Position numbers and translations under genes: made by a program. The notes beneath the pieces were generated by a model. That model had not been told where the DNA came from and did not search any database. It saw only the letters and a list, made by a program, of their open reading frames with translations. From Hyalangium minutum (GTDB taxonomy: Bacteria > Myxococcota > Myxococcia > Myxococcales > Myxococcaceae), in NCBI RefSeq assembly GCF_000737315.1, contig NZ_JMCB01000003.1:217394-281393 (forward strand): a stretch of DNA of 64,000 nt. The letters run 5' to 3'. Position 1 is the stretch's first letter. Every line of letters starts with the position of its first letter. This document shows positions 27,001-29,857 of the stretch, piece by piece.

Positions 27001-29857
27001 GCAGAACCAGCCGCCGACGGTGACGCTAACGTCCAAGAGCTATCTGGTGGCCGGACAGGGGGGGACCCCTGTGTACGCGAGTGCCTATGATGAGGCCCAC
27101 ATGCAGTCGCTCAAGGTGCGGGTGGGCGACACCCTGATCGCGCAGAGCACCTCCTCCTACTATGCCCAGAGTGGTCTCTCCTGGAGCGGTTCCTACACGC
27201 CCAGCTCTCCGGAGTCGTTCGTTCTCGAGGCGGTGGCGGAGGATGGGGCGGGCCTACAGACCGTCCTGCGCAAGCAGGTGCCTGTCTTGCCCGCGGGGTC
27301 GGGGCAGAGCTGTGAGAAGCCCGTCCCGATCGGCATGGACCTCACGCTGAGGCCGCCTCAGGTGCAGCTGCAGAGCACGTTCTACTCGCGGTGTGGGACC
27401 TTCTATACGGGCTCGTGGCACACCCTGCCGTTCGACGGGCCCGTCGAGGAGATCTCCTTGAGGGCCTATTCCGACTCTTGGTACTGGCCAACCCTCATCG
27501 TGAAGGACGGCTGTGACGCCTCGGCGGCGCAGTTCTGTCCATATTCCTCGTCGTCTTCCGATGTCTCCACGCGCGCCACCTCGCTCTCCTCCCAGGCGCG
27601 TGTCTTCCTCTCTCAGGTCACAGGGGACGTTTATGTCTCCTTCGCCCGGCTGGGCATGGGCGCCCGGTGCATCCCGGGCTCTACCTCCGTGGTCTGCTCC
27701 AACAGCGTCTGCCGTGAGCAGAGCAGTGGTGAGTACCGATGCGCTCCCGAGGCCTGCAGGGATGGCCTGGACAATGACGGCGATGGGCGCGTGGACTTCC
27801 CAGCGGAGCCGGGCTGCACGTCCGCGACGGACGACGACGAGACAGACCCCGTGCCGCTCCCCACCTGCGCCAACGGGGTGGACGAGGATGAGGATGGGGC
27901 CATGGACTGGCCGGCGGAGACGGACTGCCCCTCTGCCTCCAGCAACGGGGAGCACCCGACCTCCTGCCAGGTGACGCCGCTGACCCTGCTGGGCTCCCGC
28001 ATGCGGATCGACTTCTCTCAGGCCTCGAATCTGGACGATCTGGTGTGCAGCACCTCCGGCTCGGGGCCAGACCAGGTCGTGAGGGTGGAGGTGCCAGGCC
28101 AGGCCTCGCTCTCTGGATCGCTGATGGAGCCGTACGGGTACCCAAAGACGCTGGCGCTCCGAAAGAGCTGCACGGACGGAGGAGCGTTCCTCGCCTGTGC
28201 TCCGGCGGAGTGGCAATCGGTTTGGGATGATGGACGTTGGGTATCTCAGTCTGTGGCCATGACGAGCGCGGAGGTGGGGCCCGGCTCCTACCTGTTCGTG
28301 GCGGACTCCTCGCTGCCCACCGGGTACGGCGCACCCTTGTTCCAGGTCCAAGGGCAACTCGCGGCGGACCAGCCCTGTGATCCGGCGCAGCCCTGGTTCG
28401 CCTGTCAGCAGGGACAGCGCTGCCTACCCTCGGTGGACGGTTACCAGTGCCAGGACGCCGCATGCGCCAGCGCGCAGGACGAAGATAGCGATGGGTGGAG
28501 CGGCTATCCCCAGGATCCGGGCTGTACGTCGCCGGATGATCAGGACGAGTCGGACCCCGAGACTGCACCTGCCTGCTCCAACGGTGCGGACGACGACGGC
28601 GACGGGCGTACGGACTGGCCAGCCGATCCGGGCTGCAGCTCCGCCTCGGGGAACACCGAGTCGGGAGATGGCGAGCGGTGCGAGGCACCTGCGGAAGTGA
28701 CTGCATCCACCACGGTGGTGGACTTCTCGGAGGCGGCCTCGGACGAGACGCTGCTCTGTGATGCCCGGCCTGTCGGCGACAAGGTGTTGAGCGTCCGGAT
28801 GCCAGGGGCTGGCACCATGGTGCTCACTTCCAGCCCGGAGATCTCAGCGCTGGCGCTTCGTCCGGCCTGCGCGGAGGAGCATGCGGACGTGAGATGCCTC
28901 TCGACCTTGACGGCGCCCTTGTACACCAAGGTGCCGTTGGAGGCAGGGGCCTATTCGATCGTGCTCAAGGGGACAGGGACCGCGACGCTTCGAGTCTCGG
29001 GCTTCTTGAATCACGGCGCTGGCTGCGATCCCGCGATGCCTTGGTTCAAGTGCGTGGCTCCGGCGTCCTGTACCATGGGCCCCACGGGCGCCACCTGCGT
29101 CGCTCCGGTGTGCTCGAACGGGCTGGATGACGATGGCGATGGCAAAGTGGATTTCCCGTCGGATCCAGGGTGCAGCTCGATGTGGGATATGGATGAGTCG
29201 GATCCTCCGGCGACTCCCGCCTGCCGTGACGGTGTGGACAACGATGGAGACGGGCTCACGGACTGGCCCGTCGATCCAGGCTGCGAGATCCGGGACGATC
29301 TGGATGAGGCCGATCTCTCCACGCCTCCTCAATGCTCCAACGGTGTGGACGACGACGGTGACGGCCTGATCGACTACGGCTCCGATCCGGAGTGCTCCAG
29401 TGCGGGCTCGGACAGCGAGGGTCTCTTCCAGGGCGTGCTGGCACAGCACCTGTCCTCGCAGACGTCCGGCTATTTGCCCTTCACCGCCACCAGCCGGCTC
29501 CCGCTGATGACCTGCTTCGAGTCCAACCGGGAGCTCAAGAAGGTCTTCCAGTTCGTGGCGCCCAATACGGGGCGGTACATCATTCCTCCCAGCTGGCCCT
29601 CGGGCAGAGTGCGGTTCTCCGTCGACGTGGTCGGGCCCGACCGGGGACAGATCATCTGTGCCAACGACTCCGCGCAGCTGTCGCTAAGACAGGGGGACGA
29701 GATCATCGTCACTGTCGGAGGGGATGACACCTATGGTGGGAATGGCACCGGCGGGGTGATGCAGATCCACTTCATGTACTCTGAACCGCAGCAGATCGTC
29801 TCCCCATGGCTCCCACCCCCTGAGCTCGATTGGCAGTGGACGGGCGTCATCCCATGA
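2..29857 (+). CDS. Giant modular surface/adhesin-like protein, 5'-truncated by the window edge (more than 9,938 aa in window). It has tandem bacterial Ig-like domains, seven beta-propeller(LVIVD-like)+Ig+2xIPT/TIG supermodules, and a Cys/Asp-rich Ca-binding-like C-terminus.
   Basis: A single uninterrupted frame runs from position 2 to TGA at 29855-29857 and stays open upstream of the first in-frame GTG at 41. Repeated ~100-aa units have the pattern D.PP.V.L.P...DDVAV..VEF.VDG...PY...W, which is Ig/Big-like. Fourteen IPT/TIG-like motifs (G.GF.PGA.V.FGG.PA) occur in seven pairs. LVIVD-like repeats are present (LRVLDVRDP..., LAVVDLSRPAQP...). The C-terminus has CxNGxDDDGDGxxDxPxDPGC repeats. All antisense ORFs there are compositionally junk. 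Confidence 0.85.
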   Translation: MPGALLLEGLPHTVSLTSGDARSGTLSPQDFQLVRYYADGALLGTVRTPRVEMRNLEEDPTEPPEYVAVPLWELSYVPRAGTAGTVVALYAEAVDARGATARGATILVRIARDGPPLVTLRSPSGPRVQATAGRPVQLTGLVEDDTVTLGVELSLLVDGAQVSSTRLVGEGLGGTRAGSAPFSISWTPPVSSIGRLVRLQFMARDVGDHESRASLEASVVADAPPQISLQTPPPGSQVLAGTTQFLTASVVDDSAGPVEVTWRVNGVPVGASRSPPYRTSWSVPTSAAGSTLQLQATARDSTGNEAQASGELFVVSDTTRPSISLVVPRPLAEVPETQDLVVSVAGQDDATVKKVEVLLEGEVLATDDDPGPNGTQLGSFLTHTLVRSAQLMGRQQIRLGARAYDASGNVGSAPEVLVKVLPDAPPTVRFVLPAANTRATIGTPLELIAEADDDVAVSSVEFFADGNSSCRATLPPYRCTITVTGPARTLHLRAVASDAGGRSSSAEVAVQVSEDREPPLVAFRSPSEGSFTFAGRNLSVEVAASDDVGVRDVRLELDGQTVGTQSGGVVDGLYRLFRWQVPIPAGAAGHTLAFKAVATDTSGLTRERLLEVRARRDEAPAVSLTSPAPNSFYKEGEDVRLVVTVADDEGVIGLVGLSGGRRQGTLAQSGPLLDVSRPQALTVRAPSIFRGEPPTVGAEARDTAGQSGVATVMLNVARDLEPPSALMISPLPPATGHLRVNEGGAFSLRVEVEDDVRVVRVAAVVDGQELPVVNGREPLGPQNERFEEVRVQDPVMPGQIIVSRRYLGTFAGTASLAQYSVGLHTLAARAYDAGGNATTTPALSFEILEVQDLAPPRVTLTLEGGPDERTCVAGAPMKLRVSATDDVSIREASVTFEGQPVTIRNPPERSPRNWQEEIPFQFPPLGTGGRRTVTFLARVTDGAQHTGVVSRTCELTPDGPPQILVVSPTARAALTEEGTEPVQVDVSDDVGVRRGLRVLSTSAVAVPGIGSFEVTATAAHEGLGVPSATLIPGDGPGFSVEALEGRLLISPPGEGQGTGTTAPGRLRLNVEPSPAGHGALAQVRFRYVVKPGHEGSTALQSFRSAFPDGVGSVTLSAPAFSADLSFPSQDIEMEEVDIQLSKASANAEELAVTRLGLRGWGTPQLQLRAEAAGERVAVQRWNTGVAPSRPGQVKRIDEAVWLPRGQAPRDSQLTVLAEDVAGLVGRVAIPIVARTDTDPPTASIVSPGNGASVVEDTVFEVQVSAQDNARLDQLELWVDGQSRQVMRVGPGPSGSPQAHRFSLSLPLPASGYPAALSVVARDGAGNATASDTAYVRVIPDVAPSVTFQSLTSAVESFTRTELDSGYVVMLQGVPATLGMLLEDDAGLASMRVQFGDQVVKEESFTGAPLTAGRQVTFTPPVGRDGAPVVLLVSLTDSAGHTRQTRLLIESRRPRPPALALAAPTPGATIAEGSIQLLFDAVAVDDTGVDHVQLFINGQPALILTRGEPIAWNLDPQSGAVVVADPALRQAVASLPPEDQDLQRLRHYRGQVKLPPGFVALVPGRTDAALQLRTIAADKEGHETVLDQPLRIEADVATPLVEVLRPVLGRNVVEGTSVLVEVSARDNVLVDRVEILAGPSASELRVVHTAGGFPPTNAVPGSPFDVYAPLVQYAFTVPTLAQLGSTVPVPYFVAARARDISGNWTAPADFVIQPIEIIQDQPPGVSILSPADGTPAVANSTITVSVMAEDDVAVGNVRLEVDGTPLPVTLHAPPFSFHVPVPDRAGELRLRAVAVDSGGHQVGSQVVILPLRDDLAPTVAVAQPRPEARLTEGRDFALVVAAQDDVAIRSVEVLVEGGLAGPLRLVASNLPYSFRVPLPPGSAGRTLRIVARARDSAGHESVAPEVTALAVADTSRPTVAWLRPAAGSQALEGSVVELEVDARDDVAVNSLELRLNDQPLAIMPTPPFRMTYHVPAQGGGQALVFSAIARDPSGNQTVETRRLEIAEDEPPSVSVIAPTRLVVGNPALLRAQASDDVAVTEIGFHVGSDPAALSEVARRYQLPYEFRYAATEADVGKVLTIRGRAMDLAGHEAWSVPVQALVVPDTPPTVAVRKPLAGEAIFEGQRLRLEVEATDVEGPIKQVAFFVDGRKVHVATTPAGIPGSPNLFATSYSPPVGSGNRLLRITAVAVDSANQETESAPVVVGTVRDTVPPETQLVDPMVWELVTEAEPVEWTAAALDESAVVGVRFLVDGQQVGPPSTVPRPGPSNRPLYYGTWLPPSGAAGQTRTLTAEATDPSQNVGRAEPVTVELGMRPEPAVELVVEPYARRQAGMAADGEGLVIHGALLKDVPLPPPNDTVKRDEGRLALARLDLNGLAPLGTVKVTGSPVSQTLLGRLALVAMGPVFDPVGKKTIPAQLQVVDLSNTAVPRLRGVVDLPSDDVHQVVARDRLAFVANGTSGVAVLELGNPDAPQRAFTRPTVGPARGVAVTDQWLLVAAGSGGLRVLDVRDPYLRELGFVALPGEANRVEVVGSRAYVGCSNAQAPLAVVDLSRPAQPRLMSLLSHAPRRPDLLASEVTDVAVSGGVALVTTAITDQDAEPVKGILSASTVKADGAASTFVRANLPGARDVLFSQGRPVALLGDSAMGAFTLPRLAVTDVSPVDGTGQVPPTAQVTVTFSRLLQGASVTEQTVLLRAQDAVLGPVVPATVTVNETRILVAPRAPLPTNTEIFLTVLPTVTGEGGVTLGERFVSRFRTSPVDGLPPQVADVQPPAGPVDGGTRVRVWGLHFAPGARVLFSGQEATQVQVAADGRSLDAVTPPNLEGAVVVTVVNPNGLEGSLLGGFLYLQILDVSMVVPATGSLAGGNLVELSGSGFQRGATVRFDGVPATDVRVLSPGRISLRTPPGHFGTVDVRVDNPDGRYVVKPDAFLYSNLVVSRVLGRHIPDPQYDGPIRPAEKLPQGVPRAVVMQGGLAWLLSDGTAALQAHSPEELLQDSIQAAVTLVDVSDPDNAAVRSGVSIAPPYQPRALAVRGTTAYVAADAAELPYVDVVGEGGPSLLVVDASVLQAPRMVTAVPFEGTARAVAVADDLALVAAGAGGLAVFSVADPLRPVLTGSIQSMRVRGEVRAVNVVDVAASGRYALVRAGTNAGTFTLVLDLATPGIEVVGEASDLGPMALQGRRGLTLGNGQIRTLSFSPPTWPRNLVGMSSLVGGTPVTVAVGPHVGAAGTEVSRPGNSGSGKLEVSLSADPSRPRAVDAVDLYPAARFGGVAVERDVAVISISALLTKKGEVVADPTLALGSDGLAVVRMPFLMGMRSQPADGDTEVPPSTPLRLEFNREVAGASPQTVRLIRQDGSVNGVVEPAEIQTLGRTVLLLPAQPLAPSTTYRVVADQLTDALTRAEMAGPFYLEFSTASSSAAMPVSISGLTPREGPAAGGTLVTVTGTGFEPGATVRFGGVPATQVTVSEDGTQLTARTAANTAGAATLEVTNPSGSVARRLGAFLFTQPLSVLAAAPGRGPASGGTRVILSGTGFSSTGTVQVRFGGVPALRTRVLGLNRLEVYTPRGLRGTVDIQVTNPDGSQATLEDGFIFDQPGGASVALSDRPVDVVVIGDSALVLQRGGLSVVDLSGLYLKGPLKDTPIPPDLVDGLVDVDNDRKDDRLVSFLPIPDALSLAYPSTWGHRLFVGTGGWDSKLQQWTAGEVLEVAIADLAHPAISARTAAVEGPVFGLDVKDERLLAATGQKGLSSFDRSYAPFLVGQLPMQGAAQSVAGSAGMAVVGVGQRDATSFAVSAGALRIVSTEASPSLRGALPLNIQRARWKGDVAVVAAGDAGLVLVSAANPDQPQVLASVLVGGFAWDVRLQGNLAYVAAGTAGVAVVDLTDLLHPRVLYHVTGARGGTAKLVEMTAGGRLVSMRDRGTQGWSVDFGRPSELAVVSASVAPDEVVPLSLPSVTVTLSAGLLHTSAPEAFSFTANGAPVPGTLEAGTPELPVSTLVFRPSEPLPSGAELRLALGTSLRSLLGDALIAPFEVRFFAAGGTGERPQLLQVVPRVGPSEGGTEIELLGTGFVPGTTVRIGAAPALVLSLSSTRMTVRVPPGEPGLADVVVVHPSGVTARRSGGYFYSAPLFASASIPRFLNPKGGSTVRVTGRGFLPTWSSPLGSTRVLIRGLPARSVSVESTTQLVAVAGPGSFGDADVELVAADGLQRASSPSPVGYGLPFSGKVVGASVRPVALAGNPALPLLPFAAAGASVEGNTFPQPYTGPMTGGGLVPESFRMVAYDVTRVGRPELAGASVVDPPDHDVDYLIGSLPYLAQRELPLPEVELMPDSFDVALRGTQLLVANGASGLAVIDASGTTLEQWPLLGRGGIGSVLGQEYATRLLATPTGAWVFSNPLEDNLLPEEIPCKSPTDEHYPAAGSGGQLQLFDTRSPSDPVLLGSIGSGSAQEPYGATVAGGRLLVAMGNHAGVIYCTETPFPPPPWASLTTGRRTRFLGLDPSDDYRSEDAPIIMMKTPHGALELYDSAGVGAQRLARRPYPYSLTDVVVVRDVAIASAAEFGLIFFDVRPDNPQAPQELLRLPFDQSLSNTPGHPERLRLIGDLLFVAASSGSVYVLDVSDPRHPEFLSGGNTEFAYDVLPVGDRLMLASRQELTELSMPFLLPLSTTPERDALVPPSLSQLEVRFNRPLAPATVNDISVQLIGPSGPVPLELSVVAEHATLTYAVRAQLPEEGLEPGATYEVRIASTVADQRGGGMIRPFRTAFRTGAAGSHAPRIDAVQPSAVSMAGGQQVVIQGSGLSGVASVRIGGATASFTAAGDTELHVTVPPSTRPGPADVRIEDAGGPWSLLPHGVLYLSPLASAHASLVPDHGPVEGGTEVKVSFSGASPVAPGTRVFIGDREGVNVDVVSLSTLRFTTPRPDGPGLVPVKLERPGEVSETVGYFSYDLPTGTTVDLPGFPPRETSEVVLSGDLLFAGVPTAGYEGLELFNIRVPEHPVRLGGLRTEGAVRGLDARGALALLATDAFGLVAVDVQDTARPFTVGRGATAGLATGIRLEGNVAHVSVTQMDGGAGYVQTFDVSQPSLPLLSTTPLTEDALALDHAPGRFYALTSNVRTGQPDGLRLTVYTRQGQRLGGVVVDATPRSYAELVRSRLTVRGGRAYVTLGSRLYVFDMSDETAPQVLQSTELGAPARGLTWAGGSLLVSTTGSSTLVTVPPTDLLVVGTSPVNGALASPLTSIRVDMSLPVREDTVTAGTFEVVQVGSAGPVPVPGHREVVFATRGSSLVFTPEDPLEPGAQIEVKVEGVLGFDTRPLAHPASFAFTVAGEDALQPWVERLEPASGLFTDFTATTVRGAGFRQGVTVRIAGQNATVVSVQEDQLGIVVPPSLTSAGPASVEVIDPSGLSAVRLGGFLYREPLRLALLSPDRAPQQGGVAVELRGTGFMPGLVVRFGGTGSFQVDVPSMERAVAVAPPHAQGLVDVEAVLGSQSAVKARSFLYGTGAVSRLPTPPVRDVRVEGTVAYVALGGETEIVGLDAEGHLITLEQRRKTDSGGLMVADLSEPTVAREIRRVNVSAQGGVRRMARAGNTLYLAAGSAGVVAVDVSQPANASETLRLSVQGEAVDVVTAGSLIFVADGSGVRVFRTGETEQPMLVAQRALPGGASALALYGGLLLVSNASATDARLYVLDARRGDLAPLAQEAHLPLSAPARHIAVEGTRAFVSLGRAGQVAIVELADPTAPAPAGTLVLKDELHQGWTSAEQTLVAGDVVWVAGGGGKVQRFAALVGQQPQWLETASVLGDAKALARSGRYLMAGTLLLDVNGRPVEMPLADTRDAAGTLTGGLVSVALDHLELRGTVPVAGAVVQVGVVPEVLLSALPDMATAGAVRLEGTDGVEVRVARQGRADTEGGRLALIPQSPLAVGTDYVLRVGGTLADLAGRPLGTDVGVRFRTGPIASPEQPVITAMSPVTGLEAGGDTAVLTGEGFMPGCQVWVGDTLASGVTVSSDGGRITLIVPPGPAGAAAVRVRNPNGLEALQLGLYRYLVAPELTQVSPAQAPFNSRQRVVLTGKGFAATTQVTFGGRPALHPVMDSQGRISVEVPDDVTGVVEVAVATPMPGGALVARRPDGFTYTLKPLGGVGGNTEALAVAGRVLLAARAGRLVAFDLTRPGDLPEVANVPGVTSAGGLVVSGDEAWLAGQGEVVRYALEGCGAGLPVSCPLQVVERIPLVASGVASVAAGQGSAYVTVAGGSDVVLLGRVDGATRVVAQVNVGPGVVRGVAMAGPVLAVLVQGSQSSRLELRDVADGSLTLVGEVPGLYWTVNRLAAEGTRVAVASGAGVRLYETAEPAVPVELGRFEGQGSAYTVALSGPWALASGDFGLAWLDTTQGLKRRTSGSTYGWAGNVAVGAGVAVAASAYELRAFELPYPTVTGQEPSPGGALPREAAVSVTLADRLPPSVVQGTAMELVGPAGAISGTRTVQGSAVLFRPSAVLTPGERVQARVTLGATPYVGGTVLGPWTWSILPSAEAPSLRVDALVPDHGDVSGGYPVVLAGAGFDAQTQVWFGTRAATVVPPVSTDAIHVLAPASPVPGPVRVRVSPGVAGTPVDVPGGFVYLAPLAISRVTPPRVDLGGGAVTVEGTGFNRSLTARLGGLVAPVSDFTPTSFKLSVPAGPSGWLALEVAQAGTPPVTLAQAVLRADGVAPTVTAWEPLDTVGTGQVPLNSIFTVRFNEPIDPATATHVRLVRQGGTVPESGTHTVAPDGLSVTFTPAAALPSTTAFTLSAAGVADLFGNAIANTAAARKDFRSRDVVPPNVYVRLESSTEPLAPGTLLAAEVSWSFRVVASDDSGQVSLRQLWVDGAAVSVDWDGKATYRWPAIMSSRPSTLKVRAEDSAGNGTESEVTVQVVEDMPPTVAITQPSTPVVQVEQGVSLTVALAASDNHGVSAVELRLDGVPIKRASSLTGTNATLSHVLYLPTQGTYQLTALAMDDRGQLTSSESVSVQVLPDTTPPQLAWVLPMAGTKLIGGGRYPLQVSATDLNGVAEVSFRIDGQLVATRTAPPWSMDWDAPAVTSAGTRLLEARARDAQGNEAGASQTVTVAPPSTSRPTIVLDGFSTSYGYPEGTAVTVRARVTSEIPLQSVRLSLGAETVTLTQPPWQLTFVAPRVPPPSQLVRLRGTAVDLLGRESFPVEYDVTVQDDGRQPVLALDMNPQGPSLLGGSTLQVGGLDGGVLTGTVVRVSEVLQPAETDGGYTLPFEPEAAPVRVSARMDAWDGGMVTLERQGTLTAFANGATVSVAAADEPVLDLATSGPWEWVARDQSGGHTRLELRDAATQALTAERSLDGTAVAVAFERGRAVVALRTGGRGRVDMMSVPALETVGSFSVRRIPRALETTSFGLAIGTDEGLELWSSGGMLASRLPLGDVLGVSAEGDRLAVLTNSTLYEVDASVPHAPALVASVPVAGATGVVALADARRCVVGATARCFRVEGTALTLQGEARLPDTAIAADGPGPWLLAGTASGLSVVDARGAPSMAGYYPALAGRVAAGDGRIVAAAPGRSSLLKLRRSVGAPTVHLELPPSAAPGARVPVVASVEGLSDPRDGYTAELRVRGTAVQVLKGRLPQSVDLPRDGTAAQVALRVVDLAGHEALAQGTVALVDDGAGPALAALQARAEVPSGAFFSLAAVPADPARVASVEYSVDSTVLGRADAPALAWRLRAPTVSTDTAFTVSAVALDAQGRRGAPVQASVWVRAGTGAALPTVSLARVGTGSIQEGTEVRVRATLTPSVPVAEVRFKMDGEEQQRLMLPPYEAVLRMPVGTGSRGVTVEAVAVDDQGRESAAALLPLTVVDDLTPPVVALEVDPSGEVLTAGSRVRATAIASDGGALESWSVRALLANVELASGGGRLDFTVPASTPAGTLVEIVATARDVAGNVATSRVTKTVLAPVLPDGGVVVAGDFVGADRLTLRGDFVYATTPRGLAVGRVRWGETPTIEPVSFLATDVAPSSLAVQGPWAVLVLPGRGLSIVNIADPAQPRVRGTLAGTFTKALAGDGLYVQGNSLFELDLEVPSTPVLRNMAVSATAVDGTADGVVFNSYSYLMVRARLTSGLSGYLSLLWPVGVPQTARWNDGKLLVGTDRSLAVLVRSGDSLGVAQEVPLPAGVRAMAVADGRVWLACTDGKLRWVDVRNPTAAQVIAQEALPARALEVSGGLMLATTAQGIFVRRLPNLGAAGSALSTPVGGLTLDDAPRAVTSFRRGVLVAAGLAGVQRIVLDDPSHPSRVSQSVAGLALKQVERTGEQVFTLNGTTLSIHVEQWDGSLVRDGGASDRLAALGSVERFAVSPRRLWAVSGGTVSSMGLPSVDQKVSLLLGSATLDVAGDETRAVVALGRAGAAVVLVDGAGTLRLGAMIPEVHTDAVAVDGDLALLGGPSGLAVVDLSAASGPVRRASLPTAGAVRRVRLEGRLALVSEGSAGVELWNVSQPAAPVLLGKLSTPRAEDAVVAAGHIVVADSVAGVKVFSLPAAGVNPVVRVVPDASSVEAGSWLEVSARVSGVQVDTAELLVEGQVLSRMDERAAVGRYLVPKQAVVGRELAVQVRARTASGAETLSAPVFVRVSAPTNLPEIVLYPNSPNSGWSYYSASSISVSAVYGGALAPVSARVRWAGQDLGALTVMDTSIHGELRMPVVGADTTGTLEFVLVDAAGRIKTASVPSIRVLAPQDPLPQSVYGLPSRLYSAPYDNAFTAQAYCYTWCNVRVERNGVTIASTLSTSPYTGWRSLPVSLVLPGETTGTQQTLTIVAEDSAGRQVRQEQRYTVLRDDLVPSVSLYAPYSASEGATVSVSAYASFPPGHQIRSLRLLANGVEIASVVGPTLSGVPYTFPSVSVTSTVRFEAIATDHLGREGRAEQLAQVLPDAPPSASMYASPTPVQGYPIYACINAADDVRLTAVTFKAGEETLWSCTSGCSAYFSTSFSKCVQSASRYTGSEIVLSAELTDSVGHTVTETRPYAVAQNQPPTVTLTSKSYLVAGQGGTPVYASAYDEAHMQSLKVRVGDTLIAQSTSSYYAQSGLSWSGSYTPSSPESFVLEAVAEDGAGLQTVLRKQVPVLPAGSGQSCEKPVPIGMDLTLRPPQVQLQSTFYSRCGTFYTGSWHTLPFDGPVEEISLRAYSDSWYWPTLIVKDGCDASAAQFCPYSSSSSDVSTRATSLSSQARVFLSQVTGDVYVSFARLGMGARCIPGSTSVVCSNSVCREQSSGEYRCAPEACRDGLDNDGDGRVDFPAEPGCTSATDDDETDPVPLPTCANGVDEDEDGAMDWPAETDCPSASSNGEHPTSCQVTPLTLLGSRMRIDFSQASNLDDLVCSTSGSGPDQVVRVEVPGQASLSGSLMEPYGYPKTLALRKSCTDGGAFLACAPAEWQSVWDDGRWVSQSVAMTSAEVGPGSYLFVADSSLPTGYGAPLFQVQGQLAADQPCDPAQPWFACQQGQRCLPSVDGYQCQDAACASAQDEDSDGWSGYPQDPGCTSPDDQDESDPETAPACSNGADDDGDGRTDWPADPGCSSASGNTESGDGERCEAPAEVTASTTVVDFSEAASDETLLCDARPVGDKVLSVRMPGAGTMVLTSSPEISALALRPACAEEHADVRCLSTLTAPLYTKVPLEAGAYSIVLKGTGTATLRVSGFLNHGAGCDPAMPWFKCVAPASCTMGPTGATCVAPVCSNGLDDDGDGKVDFPSDPGCSSMWDMDESDPPATPACRDGVDNDGDGLTDWPVDPGCEIRDDLDEADLSTPPQCSNGVDDDGDGLIDYGSDPECSSAGSDSEGLFQGVLAQHLSSQTSGYLPFTATSRLPLMTCFESNRELKKVFQFVAPNTGRYIIPPSWPSGRVRFSVDVVGPDRGQIICANDSAQLSLRQGDEIIVTVGGDDTYGGNGTGGVMQIHFMYSEPQQIVSPWLPPPELDWQWTGVIP

